DNA of 64,000 nt, the filler included, from Globobulimina sp. (Eukaryota): NCBI GenBank assembly GCA_003354225.1. It is 40 parts of 40 records of this genome, joined end to end, with 100 filler letters (N's around TTAATTAATTAA, not from the genome) between each part and the next. Parts side by side here need not be neighbours in the genome. Positions count along the whole stretch, not along the records: positions 62,499 to 64,000 come from PIVH01015677.1; 39 more parts are not named here. One strand, given 5' to 3'. This document shows, in pieces, positions 62,499-64,000 of this stretch. The first letter of the stretch is position 1. Every line of letters starts with the position of its first letter. The translations under genes and the position numbers were made by a program. The notes below the pieces were generated by a model. That model had not been told where the DNA came from. It made no database searches and worked only from the letters and a program-made list of their open reading frames with translations.

Positions 62499-63735
62499 AA
62501 TTAACATATTTGTTTCTGAATCAAGCTGTCCATTTTCTGAATCATCACTGCCACTCCATCGAGAAACTATAATTTTCTGTGTGGACTCACCTTTCTTTGC
62601 CAACAGATCATTGTTTGAACTGTCTGTGGAAGACTTGCGACCAACAACACCTCCAATAACCTGCTTATGTCTAAATGCCGTTATTCCATCATAATGCAGT
62701 TGAGGTTGTACTGCATGACGACGATATATTTTGTTTCCAGTTTCATGGTCAATGGCAACAACACCTTTTGAATATTCATTCTGGACTGTACTGGTTACAA
62801 AATATCTGCAACAGATGCCACAGCCACAGATCACATCGCCAAATAAACAGATTCTGTTCAACAGAAACGGGTTGTAATCAATCAAGGACATAATACATAA
62901 AACATGGACCAACATATTCAGACAAAGTGCAAGATGCGATAAATTGTGAAAGGCTGGTTTCACGGCGACGATACACGTCATACAGGCTATGGAGAGAAGT
63001 AATGTGACTGTGATGTTCCATGTGTTTCGAACCATTTTTTGTAATTCGTCACATGAAATAAGCGTGTTTGCAACGTATGTTTTCGGACTGTTCCTGAGGT
63101 ATTTCTGAGTGTGGTATTTAATGTGAATATGAGCTGAATGCGCTAGATATAGATATATTACATTGAGAGTTAAAAACGAATCCGATAATATCCATAGATT
63201 GAAGAGAGCTGCGCTGTAAAAGAAAGCAGGAATAATTGCCATGAGAGAGAGGGTTAAAATTGGCAGCGGCAAAATAAAAAACGAAATTATGATCAATGTG
63301 TTGTAATGTTTGGATCTGTTGCAGTTTGAGAGTGATAGTTTGAGGCTCCACAAAAATGATGCTTTTGTTTGTAATGAGTTGCATTTAAAGTGTTTTTGTA
63401 TATTTTGCTGCATAGTGTGTAAGAACTAAACTGATTGTTAGAATGTGGCCGATTGAATATAGGATCATGACAAAGACTGAGAATAACGCATAGATAATAT
63501 CTGGAACGTCGTCGTTTAGAATGTAATATAAAACATTCATGATAAATGATAAGGAAATTGCGGCGACAAGGCATGATATTGAAATAGATGCAAGTTGGAG
63601 ATAGTGTTTATGGCTAATAAAATACCAAAACATCATCCATGAGAATATGAATATGATCGCAATGAATATCAGCAATATGTTACCTATAATTAATGAATCT
63701 GAATGTTCGTAAATAAATAAAGAGCCAAACGACAT
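62499..63735 (-). CDS. Multi-pass (7TM-like) membrane protein with an apparent 1-nt frameshift near 63395
   Basis: ORFs 63385-63735 (about 3 TM) and 62451-63413 (about 4 TM) join if one A is removed from acaaaaacac. Confidence 0.55.
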
Positions 63736-64000
63736 GTTCGGAAAACATTAACTGGTCACAATGTTCCAAAATGTAAACAGTTGAATAGTCACGGCACTCC
63801 TGCCAGCCACATGAACAGAATTTGAGTGTTGTGGATGCGAAGACATTGCTGATTTGAGCCCGTTGCATGAGATTGAAGCTATACACAACAGAGTTTGTTG
63901 CAAGCTGTGCAACGTCGGTCGGCTGGCAATGGCATTGAAAGAGAAAGAAGATTGCTGCGGATTTATGTTTGTAATGTATTATTTTGTTGTATTGTTTCGC

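Overview
This window is not one locus. It is about 40 unrelated short contigs of roughly 1.5 kb, joined by 100-nt artificial linkers (N44-TTAATTAATTAA-N44), so gene order across linkers has no meaning. The DNA is AT-rich and eukaryotic, with short GT-AG introns (about 50-85 nt) and standard stop codons. Gene families and style suggest a rhizarian, probably a foraminiferan; this is an inference. Recognisable housekeeping genes: TMEM184/OST-alpha transporter, aminopeptidase N, S-formylglutathione hydrolase, Rab2, RIC1, CCDC61, a CRAL-TRIO protein, PLAC8, a heme peroxidase, an RCC1-repeat protein, PH-domain proteins, a kinase and MFS transporters. There are two non-LTR retrotransposon fragments (CRE-like RT/RLE and APE-type LINE) and several satellites. 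Most notable: (1) a PPR protein ending in a DYW-type deaminase domain with an HAEK motif; (2) a spliced gene fusing tandem chromodomains to a bacterial-looking class I SAM methyltransferase; (3) an intron-containing R-S-E ADP-ribosyltransferase, with a paralogue on another contig; (4) a prokaryote- or phage-like segment with a Shine-Dalgarno site and intrinsic terminator fused to eukaryotic DNA; (5) a recurring helical motif attached to SPRY-like, Tudor-like and RCC1 proteins. All calls come from reading motifs by eye; no database searches were run.
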